In this document: positions 28,499 to 40,245 of the stretch, one piece after another
Numbering within the stretch: position 1 is the first letter of the stretch
How the letters are laid out: every line of letters begins with the position of its first letter
Assembly (NCBI GenBank): GCA_037130135.1
Contig: JBAXTO010000001.1
Span: 479,608-543,607, forward strand
Source of the DNA: Bacteroidota bacterium
Lineage (GTDB): Bacteria > Bacteroidota > Bacteroidia > Chitinophagales > CAMDFR01
Length of the DNA stretch: 64,000 bases
Reading direction: 5' to 3'
The notes under the pieces: model-generated
What the model saw: only the letters and a program-made list of their open reading frames with translations
Database searches by the model: none
Told to the model about the DNA's origin: nothing
Translations under genes and position numbers: made by a program

Positions 28499-28903
28499 TT
28501 AGATTTTAACGGCTGTTATTTCAATATATTCATTCAGTGCATTCAGCTTAAATTTAACTAGAAGCTTATCTCCTATTAATTTATAGCTTAATATTTCTAT
28601 ATCACTCGTATTAGAATTTGAAAGTATAATTTGATTTTCTTTTACCTGATACGTATATTTTATTGAACTATTATCAGGTTTAACAAATGTTTTATCTGCA
28701 TTAAAAGTGAAATTCGACTTTTGTGCAATCATTTTATCCATATCACTAGATATTTTATGCATGGGTGTCGAAGTATTTTCATTTTCAAAAATTTGATATG
28801 ATTGTACTTGCCAAGATGAAATAAGTAGACTTGTATTATTTTGTGCTTTTGAAATTTGAGCAATAATGAACAATACAAAAAGAATTGTAAACTTTTGTTT
28901 CAT
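28499..28903 (-). CDS. Small secreted lipocalin-like protein (paralog 1)
   Basis: Signal peptide plus LISSWQVQSYQ. Its size (134 aa) and pattern match its neighbour, and the gap to the next gene is 11 nt. Confidence 0.55.
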   Translation of the reverse strand: MKQKFTILFVLFIIAQISKAQNNTSLLISSWQVQSYQIFENENTSTPMHKISSDMDKMIAQKSNFTFNADKTFVKPDNSSIKYTYQVKENQIILSNSNTSDIEILSYKLIGDKLLVKFKLNALNEYIEITAVKI

Positions 28904-29139
28904 ATATTAAGTGTTTTAGAGTTGCTACTAAGGTATAAATAAATTCTATAACAAACAATATAAAATTACATGAACTTGAAATTCAATAATATATAACATA
29001 TTGTATAAAGCCAAATTGGCACATTTTATTCAAATTGTCTATTTACACATTTTATATGTGGATATGATTTATTTCTATCTTTTCAAATAGAATCTTTTTC
29101 TTTTAAATAGATTAATAACTTTACTTTATTAAATCACTG

Positions 29140-30447
29140 ATGAAAATAATAAAACTTTTCTCTTCTATCTTTATTTTATTACACACTTTTTGTATTGTGT
29201 ACGCGCAAAATAATACTACTAATTTAGCTGCTAAAATCAATATTCATCAACTTAATAATACATTGGTAAATGTGTTAGTGGAGGATCGTTTTTCACCTCC
29301 AGTTGCTTCTAGAATTCATGCCTATTGTAATCTAGCTTATTATGAAGTTTTACATGCAAATGATGCTACTAAAAGCTTTAGTAACTTATTACCAAATTAC
29401 CATTGTAATGATTTTTTATCTAGTAATGATACAAATAATGAATTAGCCGCTACTATGGCTTTCATTCAAGTTGCCATAGATTTGACGTTTAGCACACATG
29501 AATGGAATGAACTGATACATAAAATTAATTCCGACCCAAATGATAGTATACGATTCAATCAATATAAAATTCAAAATGAAAAGTGGATTCAATCATATCT
29601 AAAATGGACAAAAGAAGATGGCTTTAAACAACGATTGTCAAAAGAGATTTATACGCTGTCAACTTCCTATAAAGATTATAAATTAACTCCTCCTGCCTAT
29701 AAACCTGCATTAGAATCACATTGGGGAGAATTACGACCATTTCTTATTCAAAACAAAAAAGATTTCGAAACAACTAAAAAAATAGAAATGGATACGGCTG
29801 TATCATCTCCTTTCTATAAATTAAATCAACAAGTATATCAAGAACAAATAAATCAAGATTCCTCCCATATAAAAATCGCTTTTCATTGGGATTGTAATCC
29901 AATTCAAGTAAAAACAATTTCTCATGCTAGATTGTACAATTTTAGAATGACTCCTGCATCGCATTGGATTTCTATTACTGCAAACATCCTTCAAAAAGAA
30001 AACATTAATACGCAACAAAGTGCTTATATATACACCGTAATGTCGCTCGCTATGGCAGATGCCTTTATTTCATGTTGGTCAGATAAATATCGTTATAATT
30101 CAATTCGACCTATTACTTATATCAATGCGTATATGGATGAAGAATGGAATAGCTTAATCGAAACTCCTAATTTTCCAGAATATCCTAGTGGTCATAGTCT
30201 AGTTTCTTCTTGTGCAGCAACAATTCTAAGTCATTTTCTGGGAAAGCATTATACATTTACTGATGTGAGTCAAATAAAATATGGTCAATCTAGTCGTACG
30301 TATCACTCATTTTATGAAGCTGCAAAAGAAGCAGGGTTGAGTAGATTTTATGGAGGGATTCATTATATTCCTTCTATTAATGATGGTTATAATAAAGGAA
30401 TCTTAATAGGTAAATATGTATGTGGAAGAATCAAAAAAATAAAATAG
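29140..30447 (+). CDS. PAP2-superfamily / vanadium-dependent haloperoxidase-like secreted protein
   Basis: Signal peptide. PAP2 motifs KYRYNSIRP (K-x6-RP), PEYPSGHS (PSGH) and SRFYGGIHY (SR-x5-H). Confidence 0.7.
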   Translation: MKIIKLFSSIFILLHTFCIVYAQNNTTNLAAKINIHQLNNTLVNVLVEDRFSPPVASRIHAYCNLAYYEVLHANDATKSFSNLLPNYHCNDFLSSNDTNNELAATMAFIQVAIDLTFSTHEWNELIHKINSDPNDSIRFNQYKIQNEKWIQSYLKWTKEDGFKQRLSKEIYTLSTSYKDYKLTPPAYKPALESHWGELRPFLIQNKKDFETTKKIEMDTAVSSPFYKLNQQVYQEQINQDSSHIKIAFHWDCNPIQVKTISHARLYNFRMTPASHWISITANILQKENINTQQSAYIYTVMSLAMADAFISCWSDKYRYNSIRPITYINAYMDEEWNSLIETPNFPEYPSGHSLVSSCAATILSHFLGKHYTFTDVSQIKYGQSSRTYHSFYEAAKEAGLSRFYGGIHYIPSINDGYNKGILIGKYVCGRIKKIK

Positions 30448-33400
30448 TTTTTCTGCTATTTATACTTTTTAATTGTTTTTGTTCTAGTATCTTTTCTCAA
30501 AAACAAAAATCAATTCTAAATGTCATAGCTCCTACTCAATCTGGTTTGTTTTTTAAAAATACCATTATTGAAACAGAAGAAAAAAACATCTTTATAAATG
30601 GAATGCCCTATTTATATGCAGGTGGAGGAATTGCTACCGGCGATATCAATAATGATGGACTCATTGACATCTTCTTTGTAGGGAATGAAGTTCCTTCTAA
30701 ACTATTTATTAATAAAGGGAACTTACAATTTGAAGATCGAACTGAATCTTATGGAATACATACACATGCATGGTGCACAGGTGCATATATGTGCGATGTG
30801 AATGGCGATGGGTGGTTAGATATATATATCCTTAAAGCTCAAAATACAGATTCCACTACAGGTGGGAATTTACTTTATATCAATAAGCAAGGAAGTCATT
30901 TTGTCGAATCATCAAAAGAATTTGGTTTAGATATAAATAGTCAATCCTTATCTGCTTCTTTTTTTGATATGGATAATGATGGGGATATGGACTTGTATGT
31001 TGCTATTTATCCGAATATATCTATTATAGGTGATGATATCAGTTGGGACTTTAATAAAAAATTTAAACCGACTTATGGCGGCGATTTGCTTTTTGAAAAT
31101 ATAAATAATAGCACCTTTAAAAATATTTCTACAAGTGCGGGTATTTTAAATGAAAATGGATTCGGGATTTCAGTTAAAACAGCTGATATAAATCAAGATG
31201 GATTTATAGATATTTATGTAGGAAATGATTTTGCAGAACCTGATTATTTATACCTGAATAATGGAAACAAAACCTTTACCGAATCTATTAAATCTAAACT
31301 AGCTCATACTTCTTTTTTTACAATGGGGGTTGATTGTAAAGACATTAATAATGACCTACTACCCGATATTTTAACACTAGATATGAATCCTGAAAATATA
31401 GTGAAATATAAAACAGATTTTAATACATTCGATTATGAACTTTACAACAAAACAAAACTGCATTATTATAATCAAGAAATAAGAAATACACTTCAAATAC
31501 AGAATACATTTGGAACGTTTTCAGATATCGCTCAAATAGATAAAATTGCTTTTACTGACTGGAGTTGGTCTCCTCTAATAGTCGATTTAGACAATGATGG
31601 ACTGCAAGATATTTTTATTACAAATGGGCTTAAAAAAAATATTCTGAATCAAAATATGTTTTTATTCGAAATAGATTCAATCCTTCGTAGCCAAGACAAC
31701 TCCACTTCTTCACTGAGTAATATGCAAAAATTAAGCTATATACCAGCTATGAAAGAACAAAATTATTTTTTTAAAAATAACGGAGATTGTCACTTTAGTA
31801 ATGAATCTAATACATGGACTAATGCCGATGTTTCTATCTCTACAGGTGCTGCATATGCCGATTTTGACAATGATGGAGATATCGATATTATTACCAATGA
31901 AATTGATACATTCCCTATTTTATATAAAAACACAACTATTGATTCTACGATTAACGATTATATAGGATTTGATATCACATATAAAAATCATATAGCAAAT
32001 GGCGCAAAAGTTTTTCTTTATAGCCATAATAAAATAGTATATCAAGAAGTAAATAATAGTTGTGGGATCATGTCAAATTCAACTAATTATATTCATTTTG
32101 GTTGTACTAAAAATGACATTATAGATTCTGTATTAATTTTTTATAATGATTCTAATTATGCTTATAAATTAACTCTTCCAGCTATTCATCAATATCATCA
32201 TATCAACTTGACTAATTTATCTAAAAGTAAGTATTCATTAGCTAATATAGTTTCTTATACTGCTCCATGGAAACTAAATGAAGTTGTAGCAAACACAGCT
32301 AAATCTTCTAAAGATGATTTTAAATTTCAATCTTTATTATTCCAAAAATATTCAAAAACAAATCCAACTTCTTATATATTCGATTTGAATATGGATGGTT
32401 TAGATGATATTATATATGGGGCATTTGAAAACACTCCCACCCAATTCTTCTTTCAAAATAAAGATCTCTCATTTACTCTTCAATCCAATCTTACTATTCC
32501 TAATCCTACTAAAAAAACAGTTAGCGATATATTAATAGCTGATATAAATGAAGATGGTATCAATGAACTTTATTTATCCTATACCAACTTCTATTTCTCA
32601 TCTAATGATTCTTCTACCTCAAATTTCTTAGAGGCTTATACAATATCCAATAATGCAAATTCATATTCATTAAGTGCTGTGAAAAATTTACCTATTATCC
32701 ATACACCAATATCAATCTTACGTAGTTCCTCATCAAACACACTATATTTAATAGGTTCAATAACTTTAAATACATTCCCAAATGAAAATTACTCGTATGT
32801 AATTTATTATGAAAATAATAAATTTATTATCGACACAATTAAAGCCATAGGCTTTGATTTGAATAAAAATTTAACCAAGGATTTGGCTATTCAATTTAAT
32901 AAAAATAATGGCATAGCTTCATTTCTTTTTGCAAATCATTATGCTCCAGTTTATAGAATAAATGTAAATACAAATCAAAATAAATATGATTTACAAAAAA
33001 TAACTCAAAATGGATTATGGAATAAATGTAAAATAATAGATTTAAACCAAGATGGCTTAGATGATTATGTACTCCTGAATTTTGGGTTAAATACTCGTTA
33101 CAACTTAAAAGCAGAAAATAAATTAACACTTGTTACAAAAGATTTTGATAATAATAACCAACGTGATCCTGTCTCTTGTGTCGAAATCAATAATGATATT
33201 TTTCCAATGTATACTTTTAATTTCTTTACTTCGTATTTCCCTTACAGTAGAAAAAAAGTATATAACTACAATGCATATGCTACTATGCCGCTTCGAGGTA
33301 TTTACGATACAACAAACTCCGATTTGCGTTATGTAGATAATTTAGAATCACAGATTGTATTAAATAACTTAACAAAAATTTTATTACCATCATCCTTACA

Positions 33401-33686
33401 ATGGACTAGCCTCAATGATATTTATATAGATACTTTACATAAAGTGATGTATTTTGCTGGAAATAGCAATACTACTCGATCTGATATTGGTTATAATGAT
33501 GCAGCTGCTCTAATTATATTGCCTTATGAATTGATAAACCATGAAATATCTTTTAAAAAACCAATCATCAACAATCTTCCAAATACATTCATTCAGAAAA
33601 TAGATAAAATAAAATGTAATGATGCATACTACCTGCTCTTAAACACTAATATAGGTATCTATCTGACGAATATTAAAGTAAATTAA
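30420..33686 (+). CDS. FG-GAP/VCBS-repeat protein with an ASPIC/UnbV-like domain (CRTAC1-like), secreted
   Basis: Signal peptide and about 10 Ca-binding D.N.DG..D loops (GDINNDGLIDIFF, CDVNGDGWLDIYI, FDMDNDGDMDLYV, ADINQDGFIDIYV, VDLDNDGLQDIFI, ADFDNDGDIDIIT, FDLNMDGLDDIIY, ADINEDGINELYL, IDLNQDGLDDYVL...). A central UnbV-like segment reads GAKVFLYSHNKIVYQEVNNSCGIMSNS. The start overlaps the upstream gene by 28 nt. Confidence 0.8.
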   Translation: MWKNQKNKIVFLLFILFNCFCSSIFSQKQKSILNVIAPTQSGLFFKNTIIETEEKNIFINGMPYLYAGGGIATGDINNDGLIDIFFVGNEVPSKLFINKGNLQFEDRTESYGIHTHAWCTGAYMCDVNGDGWLDIYILKAQNTDSTTGGNLLYINKQGSHFVESSKEFGLDINSQSLSASFFDMDNDGDMDLYVAIYPNISIIGDDISWDFNKKFKPTYGGDLLFENINNSTFKNISTSAGILNENGFGISVKTADINQDGFIDIYVGNDFAEPDYLYLNNGNKTFTESIKSKLAHTSFFTMGVDCKDINNDLLPDILTLDMNPENIVKYKTDFNTFDYELYNKTKLHYYNQEIRNTLQIQNTFGTFSDIAQIDKIAFTDWSWSPLIVDLDNDGLQDIFITNGLKKNILNQNMFLFEIDSILRSQDNSTSSLSNMQKLSYIPAMKEQNYFFKNNGDCHFSNESNTWTNADVSISTGAAYADFDNDGDIDIITNEIDTFPILYKNTTIDSTINDYIGFDITYKNHIANGAKVFLYSHNKIVYQEVNNSCGIMSNSTNYIHFGCTKNDIIDSVLIFYNDSNYAYKLTLPAIHQYHHINLTNLSKSKYSLANIVSYTAPWKLNEVVANTAKSSKDDFKFQSLLFQKYSKTNPTSYIFDLNMDGLDDIIYGAFENTPTQFFFQNKDLSFTLQSNLTIPNPTKKTVSDILIADINEDGINELYLSYTNFYFSSNDSSTSNFLEAYTISNNANSYSLSAVKNLPIIHTPISILRSSSSNTLYLIGSITLNTFPNENYSYVIYYENNKFIIDTIKAIGFDLNKNLTKDLAIQFNKNNGIASFLFANHYAPVYRINVNTNQNKYDLQKITQNGLWNKCKIIDLNQDGLDDYVLLNFGLNTRYNLKAENKLTLVTKDFDNNNQRDPVSCVEINNDIFPMYTFNFFTSYFPYSRKKVYNYNAYATMPLRGIYDTTNSDLRYVDNLESQIVLNNLTKILLPSSLQWTSLNDIYIDTLHKVMYFAGNSNTTRSDIGYNDAAALIILPYELINHEISFKKPIINNLPNTFIQKIDKIKCNDAYYLLLNTNIGIYLTNIKVN

Positions 33687-34621
33687 TCGTCATTCTTCTC
33701 TGATTTAAAAACACTTCTTTTTTGAATATGATGCGATTGATTATAATCTTTGTAAGCATATCGAACAATACCATCTGAAAGTCCTATTTTAGGGACAAAA
33801 ACAGTATTAATTTGATTGCAATTCATTATGTTTAAATAAATTTGTAATGCGGGTATGATAACATCTGCCCTATCTGGATTCAATTCTAATTGTATCATAC
33901 GTTCTTCATATGTCATAGAACTAATCATTTTATATTGTTTCATTAAATATTTATAGTCTAAAGGTTTTCCTAATTCCTTCATACTCATCTTAAACATTTT
34001 ATTGATATTTCCACCACTTCCAATAATAGAAATATCTTTATATATAGATGCATGTTCTTGTAACCAGTCGTACATCTTTGACCAATCTTTTTCAGTCACC
34101 ATATTATTAAGTACGCGCAATGTTCCTATATTAAAAGATTTAGAAACGATTAATTTCCCCTTATGAAATAAGGTTAACTCTGTACTGCCACCTCCTACAT
34201 CTACATATAAAAAATCTACAACGCCCTCTATTAATGCTTCAATATGTGTGGAGAATATAATCTCTGCTTCTAATTTACCACTAATGACATCTATATCTAT
34301 TCCTGCTTCTTTTTTAATTCTTGAAACAATGTCTGCTCCATTCGATGCATCACGCATCGCTGATGTAGCACATCCTTTATAATGCACTACCTCATTCGCA
34401 TTCATCAGGTGCTTAAACCCTTTCATTGCCTCTATTAACCTATTTGCAGTAGTCTTTGAAATTTTACCTTCAATAAACGATTCTATTCCCAACCTAACAG
34501 GAACTCTAGTTAATTGTGATTTACGAAAATATATTTCTTTATCCGTTTCTATCACATTACAAATTAATAATCGTACGGCATTCGAGCCTATGTCAATTGC
34601 TGCATATTTAGATAATTCCAT
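33683..34621 (-). CDS. Ppx/GppA-family phosphatase (short form, N-terminal actin-like domains only)
   Basis: AAIDIGSNAVRLLI, DVGGGSTE and IGSGGN motifs. Length 312 aa with no C-terminal HD region. Confidence 0.8.
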   Translation of the reverse strand: MELSKYAAIDIGSNAVRLLICNVIETDKEIYFRKSQLTRVPVRLGIESFIEGKISKTTANRLIEAMKGFKHLMNANEVVHYKGCATSAMRDASNGADIVSRIKKEAGIDIDVISGKLEAEIIFSTHIEALIEGVVDFLYVDVGGGSTELTLFHKGKLIVSKSFNIGTLRVLNNMVTEKDWSKMYDWLQEHASIYKDISIIGSGGNINKMFKMSMKELGKPLDYKYLMKQYKMISSMTYEERMIQLELNPDRADVIIPALQIYLNIMNCNQINTVFVPKIGLSDGIVRYAYKDYNQSHHIQKRSVFKSEKNDD

Positions 34622-34622
34622 A

Positions 34623-35624
34623 TTAGTTAAGTAAATTAAAGCTTATTATAAATATAGTTCCTTGAGGTATATTATCTTTAATTTTAATAGTTCCTCCATG
34701 ATATTTTACAATATTGTTCACAATATATAATCCTAATCCAGTTCCTTTTGTATTGCGGGTTTCCTCATTACCTACTCTATAAAATTTATCAAATATTTTA
34801 TTTTTCTCTTCGTTACTTATTCCTACACCTTCATCTGCAACAGTAAATACACACATTGATTCTTGAGTTACTAAACTTACTTTTATGGTCGTTTGCTCAG
34901 GTGAATATTTAAGTGCATTCTCAATCAAATTGACAAATACCGACATAATACCTATCTTATCTCCCATCATGTTTATTTGAGGGGCTATATCAAATTCAAT
35001 TTTAATATCTTTCTTATTGTATGCTTCAAACTTCAATTGCACCATTTGTAAAATATAACTTAAGTCAATCTCTTCTTTTACAAATCCATAAGTATCATTT
35101 TCAAACTTAGTTGCTATTAAAATATTTTCTACCAACGACTCTAAACGCTCCACATCATACAATGAATTATGTAAAAATTTCTTCTTCGCTTCTTCATTTA
35201 AATCTCGCTTCATAATTGTTTGTATCACTAATTTAATCGAAGCTAAAGGCGATTTCAATTCATGTGTAATGGATAATAGAAAATTCTTCTGTCTGTTAGA
35301 TAAGGTTAGCTCTTTTACTAAGCTTCTGCGCACAAATAAAAATCCAAAAAATAATATAATCATGAAGAATGACCCTTCACTCAATATCATTTTTTTTTGT
35401 CTATTATACTTGTCTGATATATTTTTATATTCCGCTGTATCAGTATATTTTACTGTATTAACAACATGTTCTTTGGCATAATTGATTGTTTTTAAATCAA
35501 CCATTTCTTTGAAGGATAGCTCATTTTTACTATAAAGCAAATAAGCCCACCACATGCTAAATGCAACTACATAAAAAAATATGAGGTATAAAAAAAGTAA
35601 AGATTTAGATTTGATTTTTAGCAC
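34623..35624 (-). CDS. Sensor histidine kinase (HisKA + HATPase_c), two TM segments
   Basis: H-box ITHELKSPLASI, N-box NLIENALKYS, G1 DEGVGI, G2 GTGLGL. GTG start in the ORF track. Confidence 0.85.
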   Translation of the reverse strand: MLKIKSKSLLFLYLIFFYVVAFSMWWAYLLYSKNELSFKEMVDLKTINYAKEHVVNTVKYTDTAEYKNISDKYNRQKKMILSEGSFFMIILFFGFLFVRRSLVKELTLSNRQKNFLLSITHELKSPLASIKLVIQTIMKRDLNEEAKKKFLHNSLYDVERLESLVENILIATKFENDTYGFVKEEIDLSYILQMVQLKFEAYNKKDIKIEFDIAPQINMMGDKIGIMSVFVNLIENALKYSPEQTTIKVSLVTQESMCVFTVADEGVGISNEEKNKIFDKFYRVGNEETRNTKGTGLGLYIVNNIVKYHGGTIKIKDNIPQGTIFIISFNLLN

Positions 35625-35656
35625 CCAAATATATTTTCAAGTATTAAATCTACAGA

Positions 35657-37300
<1,644 letters not shown>

Positions 37301-37381
37301 TTAATGAATAAAGGTTATTAGTAATTTATTAACATAAAATTATTTTCTTATTCATCTTTTTAGCTTTTGTATTTTTGTATC

Positions 37382-37930
37382 ATGACTCAAATTGATAATA
37401 AAAAACTATCTCTTACCGAACTAGATCGTTTAAGCCCTTCAGCTTTTAAATCACAACAAAAGTTACCTATCATTATTGTACTTGATAATATTAGAAGTCT
37501 ATATAATATCGGTTCCGTTTTTAGAAGTGCAGATGCTTTCCTTATTGAAGCTGTTTATCTATGTGGAATTACCGCTCAACCTCCTCATCGCGAAATTCAG
37601 AAAACTGCTCTAGGGGCCACAGAAACTGTTCGTTGGCAATACTTCGATAATACTCATGAAGCTATAAAATCGCTTCAACAAAATCACTTTACCATTTATA
37701 GCGTCGAACAAACTACTAATAGTATTCTATTACAAAATATTACTATTAATACAAATGATAAAATTGCTCTTGTTTTTGGAAATGAAGTGAATGGTGTCGA
37801 TCAAGATATAATTAACCAATCTAATGCAGTTATTGAAATCCCACAATTTGGCAGTAAACATAGCTTCAATATAGCAGTTAGCGCTGGAATAGTTATGTGG
37901 GAAGTATATAAGAAACTTAAAATAAATTAA
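37382..37930 (+). CDS. TrmH/SpoU-family RNA 2'-O-methyltransferase
   Basis: SpoU motifs [29 protein letters not shown] and [22 protein letters not shown]. The track ORF begins at TTG 37367, but the first ATG at 37382 is preferred. Confidence 0.8.
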   Translation: MTQIDNKKLSLTELDRLSPSAFKSQQKLPIIIVLDNIRSLYNIGSVFRSADAFLIEAVYLCGITAQPPHREIQKTALGATETVRWQYFDNTHEAIKSLQQNHFTIYSVEQTTNSILLQNITINTNDKIALVFGNEVNGVDQDIINQSNAVIEIPQFGSKHSFNIAVSAGIVMWEVYKKLKIN

Positions 37931-38976
37931 TCTTTTTGCATCTCATTTAATCTAGGACGTAATCGATTCTCTCTTCCTTTATTAAATATCATCTGCCCTT
38001 TGTCTATTCCTTGCCTAATTTTTAATTGCTCTTCTGCTGGTAAATGGATGATCTCTACACATGCATCACTACAACATCCTTCCATCTTTGTAGCACAACT
38101 TTCACATTGTATAAATAATAAATGACAGGCCTCATTCTTGCAATTGGTATGAGTGTCTGCAGGTGCTCCACATTGATGACAATGTGCTATTATATCGTCT
38201 GATATTCGTTCACCTAATCGTTCATCAAATACAAAATTCTTTCCTATAAACCGATTCTCTAATGATTGCTCCTTTACTTTATTAGCATACTCTATTATAC
38301 CTCCTTCTACATGATAAACTTTATCGAATCCATGATGCAACATATAGGCACTCGCTTTTTCACAACGTATACCACCCGTGCAATACATGATAATCTCTTT
38401 GTCTTTCTGATCTTTCAATATCTCAACAGCCATAGGCAACTGCTCTCTAAAGGTATCTGAGGGTACTTCTATAGCACCTTTAAAATGTCCTACTTCATAT
38501 TCATAATGATTGCGCATATCAACTATTATAACATCTTCTTTTGATGCTAATTCGTTAAAGTCTTTCGCTTTTAAATACTTCCCCTTTCGAGTCATACTAA
38601 AACTAGAATCCGTTATACCATCTGCTACTATCTTATCCCGAACTTTAATTTTTAATACCCAAAAACTTTTACCATCATCATCTATAGCCAAATTAAGTCT
38701 TATACCATTCAATGCTTCATATGAATATATAGTATCTCGCAGTGCATAAAAATTACTTGAAGGTACACTGATCTGTGCATTTATCCCCTCGTTTGCTATA
38801 TATATTCTACCAAATACTTTTAAATCAACTAATTTCTGATACAATTCATCTCTGAATTTGTGTGGATCTTCTATAGGAAAATAATGATAAAAAGAAATCG
38901 TTTTTCTTTTCTCTACTTCTTGGAGCATTCGCTCTTTGAGCTCTTTCTGAGAGACTCTATTATATAAATTTTTCAT
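37927..38976 (-). CDS. trhO: Rhodanese-domain tRNA uridine(34) hydroxylase (TrhO/YceA, UPF0176) with Cys-rich C-terminal extension
   Basis: [17 protein letters not shown], the rhodanese active-site loop [10 protein letters not shown], and the C-terminal CHQCG...C..EAC....QCESC...CCSDAC. Confidence 0.85.
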   Translation of the reverse strand: MKNLYNRVSQKELKERMLQEVEKRKTISFYHYFPIEDPHKFRDELYQKLVDLKVFGRIYIANEGINAQISVPSSNFYALRDTIYSYEALNGIRLNLAIDDDGKSFWVLKIKVRDKIVADGITDSSFSMTRKGKYLKAKDFNELASKEDVIIVDMRNHYEYEVGHFKGAIEVPSDTFREQLPMAVEILKDQKDKEIIMYCTGGIRCEKASAYMLHHGFDKVYHVEGGIIEYANKVKEQSLENRFIGKNFVFDERLGERISDDIIAHCHQCGAPADTHTNCKNEACHLLFIQCESCATKMEGCCSDACVEIIHLPAEEQLKIRQGIDKGQMIFNKGRENRLRPRLNEMQKD

Positions 38977-39142
38977 ACTAGAATTTTTAGGACATTTACA
39001 AGGTGAACAAAATTCTAATACAAAAATACAAATTATATATTAAAACACTAAAATGTCTTTTAATTTTTTCTTCTAAATACACATCTTGTTTAAAAGAATT
39101 CTTCAGCCTCTCCCTCCCTCTATCTAATTTTGAACCTCTATT

Positions 39143-39784
39143 ATGATACCTTACAACTATATCTGTATTGAAGGAAATATTGGTGCCGGAAAAACAACTT
39201 TCGCTACTAAATTAGCTGCTCAACTTAATGCGCGTTTAATCCTCGAACAATTCGCGGATAATCCGTTTCTTCCTAAATTCTATACAAATCCTGATAAATA
39301 TGCATTCCCCCTCGAATTATCATTTATGGCTGAAAGATATCGTCAACTAAAACTTGAAGTGGAGAGTCAAAACCTTTTTCAACCCTTTACTATAAGCGAT
39401 TATGTATTTTATAAATGCCTTATTTTTGCTTCCGTAAATTTACAAGTTGATGAAGTAAAATTATACAAAAGTTTATTCAATATCATCTACCAAAATTTAC
39501 CAACTCCCGAAATCATTTTGTTTTTTAATTGCCCTACAGATAAACTGCTTCTTAATATAAAAAATAGAGGGCGCGACTATGAACAGGATATTTCAGCTGA
39601 TTACCTCAACGCCGTAAATGAAATGTATTTCGAATTTTTCAAACATCAAGATAAAAGTATCGTTCTAGTACTTGATACTACACAAATCGATTTTGTAAAT
39701 AATGAATCTACTTATTTGAAAATTTGCAAATTGCTCGAAAAAAAATACGATACCGGTCTGCACTTCGTACAAATTGACTCCTAG
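39143..39784 (+). CDS. Deoxynucleoside kinase
   Basis: P-loop IEGNIGAGKTT, the dNK-like ERS-type region (FPLELSFMAERY), and a RGR-containing lid (IKNRGRDYE). Confidence 0.85.
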   Translation: MIPYNYICIEGNIGAGKTTFATKLAAQLNARLILEQFADNPFLPKFYTNPDKYAFPLELSFMAERYRQLKLEVESQNLFQPFTISDYVFYKCLIFASVNLQVDEVKLYKSLFNIIYQNLPTPEIILFFNCPTDKLLLNIKNRGRDYEQDISADYLNAVNEMYFEFFKHQDKSIVLVLDTTQIDFVNNESTYLKICKLLEKKYDTGLHFVQIDS

Positions 39785-39790
39785 TTAATT

Positions 39791-40132
39791 TTATACGAAT
39801 GCTCTAAACCAGCTATTTATTTGAATTGTAATGCTATCGTCTAGTTCATGTATGACAACTCTACGAATCAAATTATTCTTGCCTCGTAATAGTCCTAATG
39901 TATTATCTAAATGACTCCCTTTAAAAAAACCTAATTCTATATGCGCATGTTTAGCTTTAATACAGATAAATGCAATATCATTTTTATGCTTGTCCTGATA
40001 ACTTATTCTACCAAATTTAACTAACTCTTCAATGGATGGATGCTGCTTTAAAATAATATCTCTTAATTCTAAAACTAACTTAAGTTTTGTTTCAGGTAAA
40101 GCTAAAATAAGTTGTTGTATACGATTATCCAT
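39791..40132 (-). CDS. DUF1801 (YdhG-like) domain protein
   Basis: Size (113 aa) and overall pattern fit (…HPSIEELVKFGRISYQ…). This is a weak family call. Confidence 0.5.
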   Translation of the reverse strand: MDNRIQQLILALPETKLKLVLELRDIILKQHPSIEELVKFGRISYQDKHKNDIAFICIKAKHAHIELGFFKGSHLDNTLGLLRGKNNLIRRVVIHELDDSITIQINSWFRAFV

Positions 40133-40198
40133 ATATCAATGTGCATATTTCAATTGGCATTTTCAAAGCTATGAAATAATTATTAATGTTATTTTAAG

Positions 40199-40206
40199 TA
40201 CATTTG
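40199..40206 (+). promoter_or_regulatory. Candidate -7 box (TAcaTTTG) for the poly-Gly T9SS gene
   Basis: tacatttg lies 39 nt upstream of ATG 40246. Confidence 0.4.
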
Positions 40207-40245
40207 ATAAATCTTTAAAGTTCACTTTATAGATAATATATAACT

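Noticed and set aside
29140-33686. The 28-nt overlap between two ORFs, considered as a possible frameshifted single gene or pseudogene.
   Set aside because: The upstream protein is complete through its last PAP2 motif, and the downstream ORF begins with its own basic-hydrophobic signal peptide. Two genes with coupled translation is the simpler reading.
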